DNA from: Picochlorum sp. SENEW3
Lineage: Eukaryota
NCBI GenBank assembly: GCA_034226945.1
Contig: CP120453.1
Span: 1,302,001 to 1,366,000, forward strand
Direction of reading: 5' to 3'
Length of the DNA stretch: 64,000 nucleotides
The notes under the pieces were generated by a model. The model made no database searches. It saw nothing but the letters and a program-made list of their open reading frames with translations, and was not told the origin of the DNA. Shown here in pieces: positions 1-14,881 of this stretch. The translations under genes were made by a program, and so were the position numbers. The number at the start of each line of letters is the position of its first letter. The stretch's first letter is position 1.

Positions 1-925
1 CCACCCCACAATCTCTCAAATCAACCATGGTGTCGATAATCTCATCATCCGTCTCTCCCAATCCAAGCATAATTGATGATTTCGTGTATACTCCTGGAAT
101 CTCTTTTGCTGCCCGCAATACCTCCAAGGACTGAACGTATCCAGCTCTTGGATCCCTCACCCGCTTTTGCAGCGACTCGACAGTCTCAATGTTGTGTGCA
201 AACACATCCAAGCCACTCGATGCTAACAGACGAACGGCATCCAAATCTCCACTGAAATCTGGTGTAAGACATTCTACCAAAAGATCAGGCTTGAGCTCTT
301 TCAACCCGCGCACCGTCTGAGCAAAGTGATTTGCCCCGCCATCAGGCAAATCATCTCGATCCACCGATGTGAGCACCACATACCCAACACCCCAGTCCGC
401 AACAGCCTCCGCCGTATTCTTCGGCTCATCTGGATCTAGAGGAGGGGGAGCTTGTGAGGTATTCACCGCACAAAACCGACATCCCCTCGTACACGTGTCA
501 CCCATGAGCATGATGGTTGCTGTTGCTGTGTGCTCATCAGACCCTCCCCAACACTCTCCAATATTCGGACACTGAGCCTCTTGACACACCGTGGCAAGCT
601 TCAAATTACCCATTTGCGCTGTTAAATACTCATACTGTTCCCCTTGAGGCGCCTTCTGCCTCAACCAACCAGGCTTGTTCTGCAATGGAAGACTCTCTGC
701 CGACATGGGACCCAGCATGGCCAAACTACTACTCATCCTGCTTCCTTGCTGTGAAGACGACGACGACGTCGGCGTCGTACTACGAAGGCTAGGATCCTTC
801 TCAACAGCCATCCGCACCAATTCGGCAAACGCATCGTACTCGTCAGCAGAAACATCGATTGGTACCTCTGCTGCCACCCCTGGACTATCGACACCAGAAG
901 AAAAACCTTGTCCATCTCCATTCAT
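1..925 (-). CDS. LIP1: Lipoyl synthase (radical SAM), 3' end outside window
   Basis: Manual minus-strand translation from ATG at 925 gives [25 protein letters not shown] (auxiliary cluster motif) and CTRGCRFC (radical SAM motif); frame open to the window edge. Confidence 0.93.
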   Translation of the reverse strand, partial: MNGDGQGFSSGVDSPGVAAEVPIDVSADEYDAFAELVRMAVEKDPSLRSTTPTSSSSSQQGSRMSSSLAMLGPMSAESLPLQNKPGWLRQKAPQGEQYEYLTAQMGNLKLATVCQEAQCPNIGECWGGSDEHTATATIMLMGDTCTRGCRFCAVNTSQAPPPLDPDEPKNTAEAVADWGVGYVVLTSVDRDDLPDGGANHFAQTVRGLKELKPDLLVECLTPDFSGDLDAVRLLASSGLDVFAHNIETVESLQKRVRDPRAGYVQSLEVLRAAKEIPGVYTKSSIMLGLGETDDEIIDTMVDLRDCGV

Positions 926-1144
926 CGCATTGTATCGATACTTATCAGCAGATCTTGAGTAATTTAAATTCTGTCTAGATACACGCAATAATGGTGAATG
1001 CGCCGTTCGTGAGCGAGCATTCCAACGTGAATTCATGTCACGTTGGAATGACCGCATTGTCACCGTGAATTCATGACAAGACATCAGAATATGGCCCATT
1101 TTTATATAGATTAAAAATAATAACACAGTAAATGCATTTGAACC

Positions 1145-2254
1145 ATGTTGCTGCTCTGTCTGACGTTGACATTGTACAATCCTGGATTGGCCCTGGCCAT
1201 GCCCATGGGCATGGCATACTCGATTGACAGCAAACACCACGGTCCAGTGTCATGTGATGATGATATCCATGGATGGCATCTGATATGGAACGATGAGTTT
1301 GATGGTACTCAACTCGATACATCATCGACATGGGCATATGAATTGTATGATTCATGGCAGTATGGGTTTGGTCAATGGGGCAACGATGAGAAGCAGTTTT
1401 ACACACAAGAAAATGTACGAGTGGAGGACGGTGTATTACGGATACTCGCCATGTATGAGCCTAATTCCACTCGTTTACTGGATCTATGCTGGCAGGAGTG
1501 CTTTGAGAGGTGTATCAAGGCCGACAAGGTGGAGGGTACAGCGGATTTTCAAGGCTGTATGGATGGGTGTGGGAATACTGGTGGTCGATGTGCCAACGTC
1601 CAGTCCACTGGGATCAGTTCGGGAAGAATATATGCAAAATATCGAGGCTTTCAGCCTTCTTTTAGACATCCGGTGATACGGATAGAAGCTAAAATACGCA
1701 TGTCACATGCGGGTCTTGGACTTTGGCCAGCATTCTGGATGTTGCCATGGCATGACCAGGTTGGGTCTGTAGGACCAGGGGAGGGTCGATATGGTAGATG
1801 GCCGGCCTCTGGGGAGATTGATGTATTTGAAAGTGCCAACAATGTGTCATTTGTTCATGGATCCCTTCATGATGGGAGGCAGGTGGTGACACATGCCACA
1901 AGGCTCCATCCTCCAGCAACATCATACCATGTGTATGGGATTGAATGGCATAGGATTGGTATGATGCGGTGGTATGTGGATGGGCAGTACTATTACGGGA
2001 CGAATACCACCGATAGGTGGTGGACAAATGTGCGGGGTGCTCCTTTTGATCAACCATTCTATCCTATATTCAATCTTGCGGTGGGAGGAAACTACCCTGA
2101 CATGATGCAGGAGGATGGACAGCAAGGTTCATCAATCTCTATTGAACAACTCCAGGCAATGCTTCAATCACATCATCATCCCAAGGGTGTCACGATGGAC
2201 ATTGACTATATTCGAGTAGCTCAACAACAACAACAACAACAACAACAACAGTAG
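1145..2254 (+). CDS. Secreted GH16 beta-1,3-glucanase-like protein with C-terminal polyQ
   Basis: Signal peptide, [29 protein letters not shown] (catalytic ExDxxE), [17 protein letters not shown]. Confidence 0.9.
   Translation: MLLLCLTLTLYNPGLALAMPMGMAYSIDSKHHGPVSCDDDIHGWHLIWNDEFDGTQLDTSSTWAYELYDSWQYGFGQWGNDEKQFYTQENVRVEDGVLRILAMYEPNSTRLLDLCWQECFERCIKADKVEGTADFQGCMDGCGNTGGRCANVQSTGISSGRIYAKYRGFQPSFRHPVIRIEAKIRMSHAGLGLWPAFWMLPWHDQVGSVGPGEGRYGRWPASGEIDVFESANNVSFVHGSLHDGRQVVTHATRLHPPATSYHVYGIEWHRIGMMRWYVDGQYYYGTNTTDRWWTNVRGAPFDQPFYPIFNLAVGGNYPDMMQEDGQQGSSISIEQLQAMLQSHHHPKGVTMDIDYIRVAQQQQQQQQQQ
2222..2251 (+). repeat. (CAA)n microsatellite encoding Q10
   Basis: caa x9 followed by cag, then the stop codon. 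Confidence 0.95.
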
Positions 2255-2408
2255 AAAAACAGCATATGGAAATGAGAGAAACACATGCGATACATGGCAC
2301 CATGGGAGATGCTGATCATCATCATCATCAGTATTCTTATCACAATGTAGGGAGAAGACCTGACAACCAATGCATCTCCTTTCCACAGCTGTGGAGCGTC
2401 CTGCAGGA

Positions 2409-3468
2409 CTAGTACATATGGGAGCAACCAGGAAGCAGTACTTCTTTCAAAACATCTGAAAGACTACGTCTCGCCCAGAAGTCATCATGAGAGTAGTCGC
2501 TCCTGTCAGCCGTGGCGCGCGCACATACTGAAAAGTCATTCATGTAATCCTTTGCTTTCCATTGAGCAAGGGCAGCTGAGAGCTGGCTCATTGTGAGCAA
2601 CACAATTGCACTTGATGATAAATCCTTTGCCACACTGTATATGTATATATATATGCCATGGAGTATATCATGTGTACATAAAGAGGAAAACAAATGCACG
2701 CACCTACGTAGCGTTAGTGTCATCTCATGATCAGCCTTGTATTTCCACCTATTTGGACACGCATTCATAGCACGCCGCTGAATCCGCAACGCCCTGCATC
2801 ACATGACATCCCCGCTCATTCATAACACAAATCAAAAGAAAGAAAACCACACACACATACTCTTTCACAACAGGCTCACACTGGCTATTGTCACCCAGGA
2901 TGTGCATCACACACGCCCCCAGCATGCAAGCAACGATTCTTGAATTGGCAGGATCAAAAGGAAGATATTTTTGACCCAAATTCGCAACCCACTCATGAAT
3001 AAATTCTTTGTCTAAATCTTTTAGATTGTAATCGCTAATTGCTCTCTTCTCCTTGGGAGACACAGCCTCCTGAGCAGCTTTGAGCTGCCCAGATGGTGTC
3101 ACAAACCAAACACATGTATCAGATGTCACCTTCTTTGCAAGCAAAGATGCCAATGACTGCTGAAATACATCATCATCTCCACTATTTTTCCGCAGATCAT
3201 CCGTCGGAATAGTTTCATGTCCATCTGGCGATGTAATCCGAACCGAGTGGAGTATAACTTCTGGATTCGAAATCTCTTGGTCCTCAAGGGCAAATTTTAT
3301 CTCTTCACGTAACATATCAATCTTCTTCTGTTCTGGCAATAACATATCAACTTCGAATCTGCACAGGAATGATCCATCGACACGGAACTCCACTGTATAT
3401 ATCCTCTTCCTCTTTCGCTTTTGGTCACCACAGACGGAACCCGAGCTTTCACTCTCGGTATACAGCAT
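2409..3468 (-). CDS. Hypothetical protein, 3 exons, basic KRKRKR NLS-like motif
   Basis: 239-aa ORF joined through GTATGT..CAG and GTGCGT..CAG introns to the frame of the 2409-2789 ORF; no family recognised. Confidence 0.55.
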
Positions 3469-3841
3469 GGTTTAATAGTAGATGCACACACAATGCATTA
3501 TTAATTCTATTTTTCTGAAAACCTACGGTTTGCTTCTTCTGTAGCACGATGGACTCATCATGAGCCAGTCTGCATGCATGTTCTTTTCGGTTTTCTTCCG
3601 AAAGTTTCTTAAATAAGAACAATAAAAAATAAGCGCATGCCCTCAGGCTAGGGGCACTTGCTCGGCAAGGATGGTGGTATTAGTACTACCTATGATCCAT
3701 TCCCCGCATGCCATTATTAGATACATTTGTATCAATTTGTATACGTACAGCGGATAGCAGGAGTATTTATCCGTTCATTGACTGATTCAGGAGTAGTACC
3801 AACAAACAACAAGGCATTTGTCGAATCACCAAGGACCAACA

Positions 3842-5445
<1,604 letters not shown>

Positions 5446-5505
5446 ATGTGTTGATTTTCCAAATTCATGTGTGTATTTTTATGATTTTGATTGTGTAAGG
5501 TATAG

Positions 5506-8349
5506 TTATGAATGAGCAATGTGTGCGCTCGAGATGAATTCTTCTTCATCTGATAGATCCTCCATGTCTACAGCATCCCGTACAGCCTCCAAGATTCTAC
5601 TGGAATCCTGTGCTGGAGATGCTGTGACATGGACCGATATTCCACTTGATCGGCGCTTGCTTTGAGATCTGAATATGAGTGGCTTTGCTCTGGATTCTTG
5701 ATAGTGGCCAATCTCGTTTGCTCTGATGCGAGCATCTTTTCCATAGAGTAAAAGTAAGAGGGTGCTGATGGCGGTGGTGAATCCCACTGCCGGCCATATG
5801 ATGACCAATATGGTGTATAAATAGCTCATCATTGTCTTCATAGCTCGCAATAGATAGGCATCAGCGGTTTTTGGTTCCCATGTCATTTTGATCCAAAACA
5901 CTGGGATGCTGACAAAGTCTGATGTGTATCCCGTGTTGATGGACGAGCCGTTTGCCACCCATAGGTCAGGATACATGATGGAAGTTCTCGAGACTCGATG
6001 GTTTAGTTGGTATGTCTTGTGTCCACCGACTGATATTCCAGTGAGTGGTTCCACAGCCAGCCCATACGAGTGTTCCTCCTCCGTTGCATTCCATGCACTG
6101 ACGTTGCCTGTCGTTGACGTGATGAATTCCGAAGCTCTCCAAAATCTAGGTAAAGAGTAAAAGGAGGGGCATGCAAATGTGTTGGATACATCCCAGACTG
6201 CTTCATGCAGATCAGGCACCATGCACCTGTCACGGGTGATGTCATAGGTTCCAAATCCAACGGAGAAGTTTTGTCCCAATACGCTATGTTGTAGGTACTC
6301 TGAGAAGTAAGAATTATTATTCAAAAACGTATTGAAGTCCTCCGATGATATATTCCCCATGACGGATTGATAGGCAAAGGGATCAAAGCCAGTCTCATCT
6401 GACCATTCATTGTACGCTGTCCAGTTGCAGGGAGCAGTGGAACCATTTGATAGGCTGAAATATAGCGATTTGACCCCCTTCACAATGACATCTTTTCCAG
6501 AATATTCTGTGAGAATTGGACGAGACAGAGCAGAGTCGAATGTGAGGAATGGAGAGCTCTTCCATATACTGTCTCCAAAGGCAACACCCTCATTCTGCCC
6601 AGTCATATTGATGATTCCCCATGCTTCAGGACGGAATGGCAGCACACGATACTCTTTTATGCGCTGTGGGTACGATGATTTTCCTGTTTGTATCTTTTTC
6701 TGCTGGATGAGCGGGAGATACCGACCAATATCAGATTGGTTCCATGACAGCATGTTATAGGTCATGTTGGTTCCAGATACTGCAACAGGGAGGATAAATA
6801 GCATCGCATCGAATAAAATTCATTAAGGATCAAATGCATGCACATACCGTTTCCAAGGTATTCCACAGGATACAAGGCAGACGAATACGTGAGCGATAGT
6901 GCCGGAGTGTATTCCCAAGGCCTCATCTGGTATCCAGCCCCAGAGGCCTGTGCTGCCACCAGCAAAACAGGATCCTCATACCCTGCATCAAGATACACAC
7001 ATATCAGAATGCCTTAGAATACGTGTATTGTAAATATCGAGGCCTGCAGGCAGGACGCACCATAAAGCCATTCATGCAGACTCTTGTGAATCACAAGTCC
7101 ACCCTGACCCAACTGCAAAAGATTACCAAAAAGCTGTCTACCACCTTGCGCCATAATGTTGAGAGTATATCCTTTTAGCAGAGCCCAAGTTACTGCATCA
7201 ATCGATGCCATTTCAGGTAACTGAGGCGAGGATAAAAGTGTCAGATACTGCAGCACATCTGCTTGAGAATTTGACAAGAATGCATACAAAAACTGCGATG
7301 CTGCTGGATCCTGATATGTCGCATTTGAAGTCCCTATAGAAAGCTCGAAAAATACCTGTGAAGCTTCAAGACTCAACTGAACACCAAACGACTGAATTTG
7401 ATTGGGCTGAATGTTCTGATTGTACGCCTGAGCAAACCATTCAATGATGAAGTGACAAAACTCTGGATGATACAGTAGAGGCACTGGAGAGGGAATATCT
7501 TTGACAAATGGCGAGCTAAGATTCAACGGTCCTTGAAGCGCGTCGACAGGGGCACACGTGGCCCACTGAGACAGCGTCTGATTGACCACATTTCCAGACC
7601 CATACAATGCAGTAATATACGCAGACATGGTATCAAATCCAATTTTGAGCGTCGATGGGAGAAGTTGAAACATTGTCAATGTTTCACTATCAACATCTTC
7701 TCCCTCATTCGTTGCAATATATTGCAGATATGCTCTATTCACACTCAACAAGGTGTCATTCAGCACACATGATGGGCAACTCTTCTCGGCATCGAATTCT
7801 GCCCATTGATGATAGGTATACTCTACTGCATCCCAAGACTCGCTATATGAAAGATTGTACCTCACTTCACGAGATTTGAACGCATACGGTCCAATCTCTG
7901 TGTACTCTGGTGGCTCTGCCCCTTGCAGCCATGCATCCGCATTTGTCATATTCCAAAAGTAATACTCCACCACCACGTCATCTGGACACGTTTGATTCAA
8001 GACCCTATGATCATAACATTTCTTATCAGGAGAAATAATATTTCCATCATCCAGCAGCAACGTGACCATGGGATGCACCAAAAAGACCTCTGCAAGCGGC
8101 CCACCAACAAACATCAAGGTCCCAACCACAAAGAAGAAGATTAAAAAGAATCGTTTAAGACTGCTCCGATCTTGTGGATAAAAATACGTGCTACAAGATA
8201 CAAGATAGTATCATCATGTGTACATATCGTGGGCAAAGAATGGCAAGAAGAAGAAAAACCAACACTCACCATAGAATGGGTGGTAACCGTGCCATTCCAG
8301 ACGACATGCCATCCTCTTCTGCAGCGTTCCCTCGCATATCGTCAACCAT
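5506..8349 (-). CDS. CD36/scavenger receptor class B (LIMP-2-like) membrane glycoprotein, multi-exon
   Basis: N-terminal TM, YYFWNMTN...PEYTEIGPYAF, AVEPLTG...YQLN, C-terminal TM, many N-x-S/T sites; ATG 8349 with GTGAGT intron; ORFs 7014-8129, 6762-6998 and 5506-6804 link up. Confidence 0.8.
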
Positions 8350-8479
8350 ACTGACGATGAAATACCACAAAGAAATATCAAAACAAGTTATATATACTTA
8401 TACGCAGAGGTACAGCCGACTCCCATCCGAATCCCAGTACAATTCCAACAAGGCACCCTCCTCGAGGCAAACCTAGAAA

Positions 8480-9030
8480 CTACAATCTACTGGCATGCTG
8501 CAATTCCACTTTAAGACACTTATCCACAACAACATCTATCCCATGAGACATCAACTCAGATTCAAACTCCTCATGTCGAATACCCACTTGCAACCACACG
8601 CACGCAGGCCGCAAGGCCAAAATCTCCTCCATGTGACCTGGCAAAGCACTGGGAGGCCTAAACACATCCAAAATATCCACATCACAGCGAATATCCTTCA
8701 GACTCCGTACCACAGGCTGACCCAAAATCTCTGTCACATCAGGATAATACGTCGGGACGGGAATAATTCGCACACCCTGAGACATCAAGAACTGTGGTAC
8801 AAAAAAGGCAGGCTGATCAGACTTTGACTCTGGCTTGATGCCCAATACAGCAACCACCCGCGCTGATCGAGCAATCTATGCATCAAAATAATACCAGTGT
8901 TATCCACAATATACTACTGTAGTGCATCGACATGGCCGACGTAAAAACAACATTTCAAACAACAACATTTTGTAGCACCCACCCTTTGAACGTCAGCAAC
9001 AGATGTGATGCATCTACCTGCTCTCATCAT
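8480..9030 (-). CDS. CoA-binding domain protein (YccU-like)
   Basis: VAVLGIK, IIPVP, VDILDVFRPP, VWLQVGI, VVVDKCLKVE; short first exon MMRAGRCITSVADVQR. Confidence 0.88.
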
Positions 9031-9264
9031 GACGACTCCCTCTGCTTGAATGCTGTAATATAGGAAATCAAAAGTACCACCAGCCTGTGAGTTGTACAAA
9101 CGAAAGAAGAGACGAATCTCTCCGTAAATAAATCCTTTTTAATACCCGGGCGTTTGCCACCTTGTCTTTTTTTACAGCATGCATCTGACCGATGCTTTAT
9201 TCAACAGATTCAAATGAATTATTACGTACTTTTCATGAAAATATATTCAAAATAGAGTAGAAAT

Positions 9265-10758
9265 ATGTGGCGTCGAGTGTGTTTGAGTTCCACAGCAGCG
9301 AGTACGAGTGTTGTCGATGACATTGTCACTTTTGCACGCCAGGCTTCAAAGGTACTGTTGATTGTACTTTATATACTTTTTATGTTGAAATGTGATTGGA
9401 TGGTATTGGGTTTGAGGGTGTTGGATGTGTTTTTGTCCTCTCCATTGGAATGCCAGGGGCATTATGGTTCAATATTCTGTGTAGGGAGAATATGATCAAG
9501 TGCTGGATGTATTAAAAACTGGTATTCGGTCAAAACCGGGATCTATTGGGACGAGTCGATTGTATCTGGTGGAGGCGGAGTTGAGGGCGAATAGAGGAGA
9601 GTGGGTATGTCTTTTATGTGTATGAGTTTGGGTGGGTACATGGAGCCCATCATTGCTGCAAATACTCGTGTGTTGTTTGTGCAGGATAATGTTGTTGAAT
9701 TATGTCGACAGTCGGCGAGTGTGGCGTCGGATATGAGTCCGGGGTCGCAGGAGGAATCTAGGAATAGAGCAGAGGTTGAGTTGGCAGCATGTAGGCTTGG
9801 GACAAGGGCTCTGCTGATTGGGCATAAGGATGCGGAGGCGTTTCAGACGGCGCAGCAGTGCTTGGATATAGCTCGAAAGTCGTTCTCTGCTGTTGGGTCG
9901 GAGGATAAACGATGGCAGGCAATGGTGTTGTCGACCAGTGTTGCTGGGTTGGTGCAGCATGCATCGTGTGAGTTTGACAGCGCAGGGGACAGTTTTGAAA
10001 ACGTCATGTCACTATTAGAGAGCGATAATGGAGCTCGAACGGCGCTTGATCATCTTATTCCGGAAGCTTTGAAGCAAGCAGCGGCGTTTTTTGCTGCTCA
10101 GGGGAAGAAGGAGCGGGCTGTGAGTCTAGGTATGAGGAGTATTGCTGCTGCAGAGGAGAGGCTGGCATCGAATACTCTGGACCCGTTGCTGTCCCCTCGA
10201 GTGGCTGAGGAAGTTGTAGGGGATGCGAAAGTACTCATGGCGCAGTCTTGTATGTATAGGAAGGCGTGGGATGATGCAGAGGAAAAACTGAATGATTCTT
10301 TGAGTGTGGTTGAATCTGTTGCCGAGGGATCAGGGAATGATCAGCATCCATACCTGGCCATGGTGCTGTTGTTGTTGGCAGAAGTGTACTGTAGAACTGG
10401 TAGAGCGACGCTAGCTGAGGGTTTATTCCGAGAAATTATGAAAATATTGAGCGTGTCTACGGCAGGGGAGGGAAGCAAGGGAACCACTGCTGTCCATCCA
10501 TCCATCAACTCGCTTGCATCATGGAGGTACTCGCAGCTTCTGTCGGTGCTTCCGAAGAGAGAAACAGAGGCACGCGCGTGGAAAGATTTAGCAACTGATA
10601 TCTATGAAGAGGCCCCATTGAAGAGACTGACAGAGCCAGGTGACATGTTTGGATCTCTTGACAGGCTCTCTGGAAAAGGAATTGGAGGTCAGGGTGTCGT
10701 TTTGGATCTTATGACTCGTCGCGCGTTGCCATGTACTGGCGATTCAAAATTTGCATAA
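9265..10758 (+). CDS. TPR-like helical repeat protein, possibly organelle-targeted
   Basis: Exons at about 9265-9351, 9485-9600 and 9685-10758; HPYLAMVLLLLAEVYCRTGRATLAEGLFRE resembles a TPR; Arg/Ser-rich N-terminus. Confidence 0.55.
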
Positions 10759-10851
10759 CATCATCTTTATCATATCAATAGTAACACAAATCTGTCAGGT
10801 CAAAATACACACATTTTTTATTTGTGATGGCAAACAAGGGCGATCCACAGA

Positions 10852-12194
10852 TCAGAAGGGGCAGACGAGGGTGGCTGCTTTAATCAATACATTCGGCACC
10901 ATTGGGAATTGTTGATTAAAACAATCCTCATTCCGAATCACCGACAACACATCATCCATCAGCTTATCCCTCCCTCCACGCATCGGATCCTCTACAATTG
11001 GCTGCGTGTGACTCTTCCCATGATACAAGTGAAGCTTGCATGCACATCCCACCCCTTTTACCGTCTCAGAAAACTCGATCGCATTCTCCACAGGAACCGA
11101 CTTATCAGCCGTACCATGAAACAACGTCATAGGCGGAATCATACGAACCACATCTTCCGGCATATCTTTATACAAAAAGGTTGGTGAGAATTCTTCCAGC
11201 GCAGGCATCCCATCCGGTCCAGACATGAGCGTGCTAAACAAATTCTTATACAGCCCCCTCCGATGCAAATGGTCCGCCAGCGATACTACATTATACGCAC
11301 CGCTCACACCAATATACCCCACCACCTTTTCTGGATTCCACGATGGGATACTACACGGATACGTTCCACCATCCACATGCCGTCGGGCCTGAGATATCAA
11401 CGACAACTGCGTCAAATGCACTCCAGCGGACTGTCCAATAATATGTATCGAACTGGGATCCCCACCATACAAGTAACAATTATTCATGGCCCATGAAATC
11501 CCATGGTTGCAGTCCTGCACCATGTCAACAATCTTCCCCTGAGGGAAATTTCTATAATCAATACAGAACACTAGAATCCCTCTCTGACTCAGTCGCCGAG
11601 CGAACAATGCTCCCCACGCTTTATACCCAATGATCCACGCCCCACCAGTCACGTAAATCACAACAGGACAAGGATGACCCTGCCGCCTCCATCGTCTCCT
11701 TGGTAGATAAATATCCAGTACATTACGGGATTCAACCCCATACGGAACACTGCGAATCACTCGAGGGGAAAAGTAATAGAAAAATACCATCTGAGAGAAC
11801 CCAGGCATCAGAAATGACGCAAACATGATGAGTCGTAGCAACTGCACCCACCAACTCAACCCTAGAAAAAGGTACCCATACAATGTCCATGCCAACCGCG
11901 AAATCAAATACACATCCGCCAACCGTCGTTTCAAAATCTCCGACACCCTGCACCGGCATGGACGGGTTGTTCAGGTCTGAGAGGAAAGTCCCAACAGAAA
12001 CTGTCGACACACACATACCCTTGTTCTTTCGGCAATACGGCCTCTGATGGCACAATATCTTTCGAATCAATATCACTGTCATCAAAAGAAGAGAAACGAC
12101 GCCTATACTCTGAAGCTAAGCGTGCCATTGGGGATGCAAGCACCTCCCTGCCAAGGTCACGGGCAACAGCAGGGCTTCCGTTCATCCCTGTCAT
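10852..12194 (-). CDS. ICME: Isoprenylcysteine alpha-carbonyl methylesterase (alpha/beta hydrolase)
   Basis: PVVIYVTGGAWIIGYKAWG, IDYRNFPQG, GQSAG nucleophile elbow, GKSHT, EDPMRGGRD; one intron near 11950-12017. Confidence 0.9.
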
Positions 12195-12502
12195 TAATTC
12201 GTTTACATATCTGTCGGTTCTTTGTCGGTTTTTTGTAGTATTGAATCTGTCATCATGGACGTTGCTGCTCTGATTTTAAGCATTACAAGAATGCCTGCAT
12301 CTGGTTTGGGTAAAAAAACCAATACTCCCATCAAGACATACCTCTGATGGGAACATTGACAAAGTCAAACCACAGTAGACCATCTCCGGTCCTGATGTGT
12401 ACTCCTCAATTCTGCCACCCCTCTGAATCAATTCATCCCCCTTTTACACCATCAAAACTCAAATAGCGCTGTAGTAGGTGTAGTAAAGGGATAAGGATAG
12501 GC

Positions 12503-13426
12503 ATGACGCCATGGCATCGGGCATTCTTGTTGCTCGCGTGTGGCTCTGTTGGATACGTTTTCACACGTCAAATACCCCGTGGGGCTCCTTTACATGTATC
12601 TCCTGATAAAATTAAAGAAATTTCAGAGTGTATAACCCGTGAGATGCATGATGTGGCCCCGTGGAGGGATGTTTCGACGTATCCCTCGCAGTATGGCCAA
12701 GATGCGTACATCCACGAGACTTTTGAAGATATTCTTCCCAGGCATGGATATTTCTTAGAATTTGGAGCTCGAGATGGGGTTCAACACTCGAATACGTATT
12801 ATTTTGACCAGATATTCGGGTATGATGGGGTCCTCATAGAACCTGTTCCAGACGACTACAACAATGCTATTCGGAGTCGAGAGAGATATGGCGTCTCTGT
12901 CTACCACGGGCTTGCGTGTGGACGTACATCTACCGAGGCAAGTAAGAAATTTGTATTTGATGTCAACTTGGAGGGACTCGGTATGGTTGCTGATGAGAAG
13001 AAGGATGAAAAGGTTAAGAAACTCAAGGATTTGGCATCTGAAAGGAATCAGAAGCCTCATGTGTCAGAGTTGGAGCTGCGGTGTTTGGATGTTCAGCATC
13101 ATGTGAAGGTCAATGGGATTGATTCGCTCGTCATCATGTCAGTTGATTGTGAGGGGTGTGAGTTGGATGTGTTGAAAGACTTTGACTTTGTGGTGACGCC
13201 AGTGTCCATCCTCTTGGTGGAAATCAACAAAGATCTCGAGGATATACTGAATATATTGATCCCCGCTGGGTTTATACCGGTGGATGCGAGAACGAGTGAT
13301 ATTATTCTTGTGAGCAGGGAGTTTCTGGAGAAATCAAAGCTGTCATCAAAGTTCAAGGGAATCATGAGGCTCCCGTCAGAGGACATCTGCAGCATACTCA
13401 ATAGGCCAGAGTTTATGATGCCATGA
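12503..13426 (+). CDS. FkbM-family SAM methyltransferase with N-terminal anchor
   Basis: SQYGQD, GYFLEFGARDG..SNTYYF, GVLIEP, MSVDCEGCELDVL. Confidence 0.85.
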   Translation: MTPWHRAFLLLACGSVGYVFTRQIPRGAPLHVSPDKIKEISECITREMHDVAPWRDVSTYPSQYGQDAYIHETFEDILPRHGYFLEFGARDGVQHSNTYYFDQIFGYDGVLIEPVPDDYNNAIRSRERYGVSVYHGLACGRTSTEASKKFVFDVNLEGLGMVADEKKDEKVKKLKDLASERNQKPHVSELELRCLDVQHHVKVNGIDSLVIMSVDCEGCELDVLKDFDFVVTPVSILLVEINKDLEDILNILIPAGFIPVDARTSDIILVSREFLEKSKLSSKFKGIMRLPSEDICSILNRPEFMMP

Positions 13427-13525
13427 TGTCTTTTATTTTTATTTATTTGTCGGTCGCTGTTCGTAACAAAATAATACTAGTATCACGATCAAGTCTATAT
13501 ATATAGGTATAAGAAAGCGCTCGTT

Positions 13526-14881
13526 CTATATGATGCCAAGGGTTCTGAGGACTATTTGCATGCAGAGTGCCAGTAGGATGCCGGCAAGGAGTGCCAGCAT
13601 GAATCCAGAGGGCTGTATTCGATCCGCAATGGTGTGCGCGACAGCTCCTACAGCTTCCTTGGTAGCGCATCCTACCAATGATACCATGGCATCTCTGCTC
13701 TGTTTGTCTTGGGAAATGTACACCCATTCTCTTCCCAGGGCCCTCAAAAGGCTCTGAGACTCTGCATCATGTGCAGTCGCCTGTATTCTCTTCTGTGCTA
13801 TTCGCCTCCTTGTTAATGTTGTTCCAGCTGACCGATGCTGTCTCTGTCGTGCCATATCATCATGCTGGGATGCTGATATCTCATGTAAAGCATCATCCTC
13901 AGGCCATGCCTGGCGATTTGATACAGGTGTTTCTATTCCTCCCACAGATGTAGGGGGTCTCAACGCTGAGCACGGACTATCATCATCCACAGGCATACAG
14001 GTATACGATGTTGTTGCAATTTCTGTAGAGATTGGTTCGTCAACTGTTGTCGGTGCTGCCAACGGTTGCTCCTCCTCCTCCACAGCCTCACCACTGCCAA
14101 CATATGCCTTGACAGCAGCCCGTATGGATAATGCAATACATTCCTTCACCATATCCACATGCTGTGGCTTCACCATGGTCGATAATATCTGATCATAATA
14201 ATTCACATCAATTGTTTCCTCAACGTATGCTCGCATCGCACTATTAGCACACGCTGATATACACATGACTGCCAATTCCCTCCCTCGAGCATCCGCCAAG
14301 AGCCCAAACAACGTCTCCAGAGCCCCCGGTCCACCCCGCTGTTCTTCAGACCCTTCTACATATGCTTTGACGGCATTGGAAGCAGCCATACTCAACGCAA
14401 CAGAGACCAAGCTCTGTCCCTTATCGCTCAACAATGCCCCCAACACCTTGTCCAGAGCACCGAGTGATGAACCATTCTGCTGCCGTGCCCCTCGCCCCTT
14501 GGCGTCTCCCCCCTGAGAAAACAAACCCTCAACAACTGCTCTCACTGTACTCTTTGTACTCGCGGCAACCTCATCCGACTGCATCAAAGCGGCCAACCGT
14601 TTCACACTCTTTGGAACCCCGTCCTCATCATCTGATTCCCGCGACATGTACTCGTATACATCCGTCACAAGCATATCAACTAAATCTCCTCCTTTATCAA
14701 CCGCATGTCGATACTTATTCACAGAGTTTCGCACAGATTCGATGTATCGAACCGTCTTGTCATAGAGATTCCGCGAATACGCTTCATACGCTACATATCC
14801 TACCAGTGCTGCAGTCCCTGAGAGAATACAATATTTTTTTATTCTATTGGAATTCTCCATCATGGCTGAGAAGAGCGACAT
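13526..14881 (-). CDS. Phloem protein 2-like A10 family homolog
   Basis: N-terminal TM GYVAYEAY, VPKSVKRLAALMQSDEV, LDKVLGALLSDKG, C-terminal TM; recalled similarity only. Confidence 0.6.
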   Translation of the reverse strand: MSLFSAMMENSNRIKKYCILSGTAALVGYVAYEAYSRNLYDKTVRYIESVRNSVNKYRHAVDKGGDLVDMLVTDVYEYMSRESDDEDGVPKSVKRLAALMQSDEVAASTKSTVRAVVEGLFSQGGDAKGRGARQQNGSSLGALDKVLGALLSDKGQSLVSVALSMAASNAVKAYVEGSEEQRGGPGALETLFGLLADARGRELAVMCISACANSAMRAYVEETIDVNYYDQILSTMVKPQHVDMVKECIALSIRAAVKAYVGSGEAVEEEEQPLAAPTTVDEPISTEIATTSYTCMPVDDDSPCSALRPPTSVGGIETPVSNRQAWPEDDALHEISASQHDDMARQRQHRSAGTTLTRRRIAQKRIQATAHDAESQSLLRALGREWVYISQDKQSRDAMVSLVGCATKEAVGAVAHTIADRIQPSGFMLALLAGILLALCMQIVLRTLGII

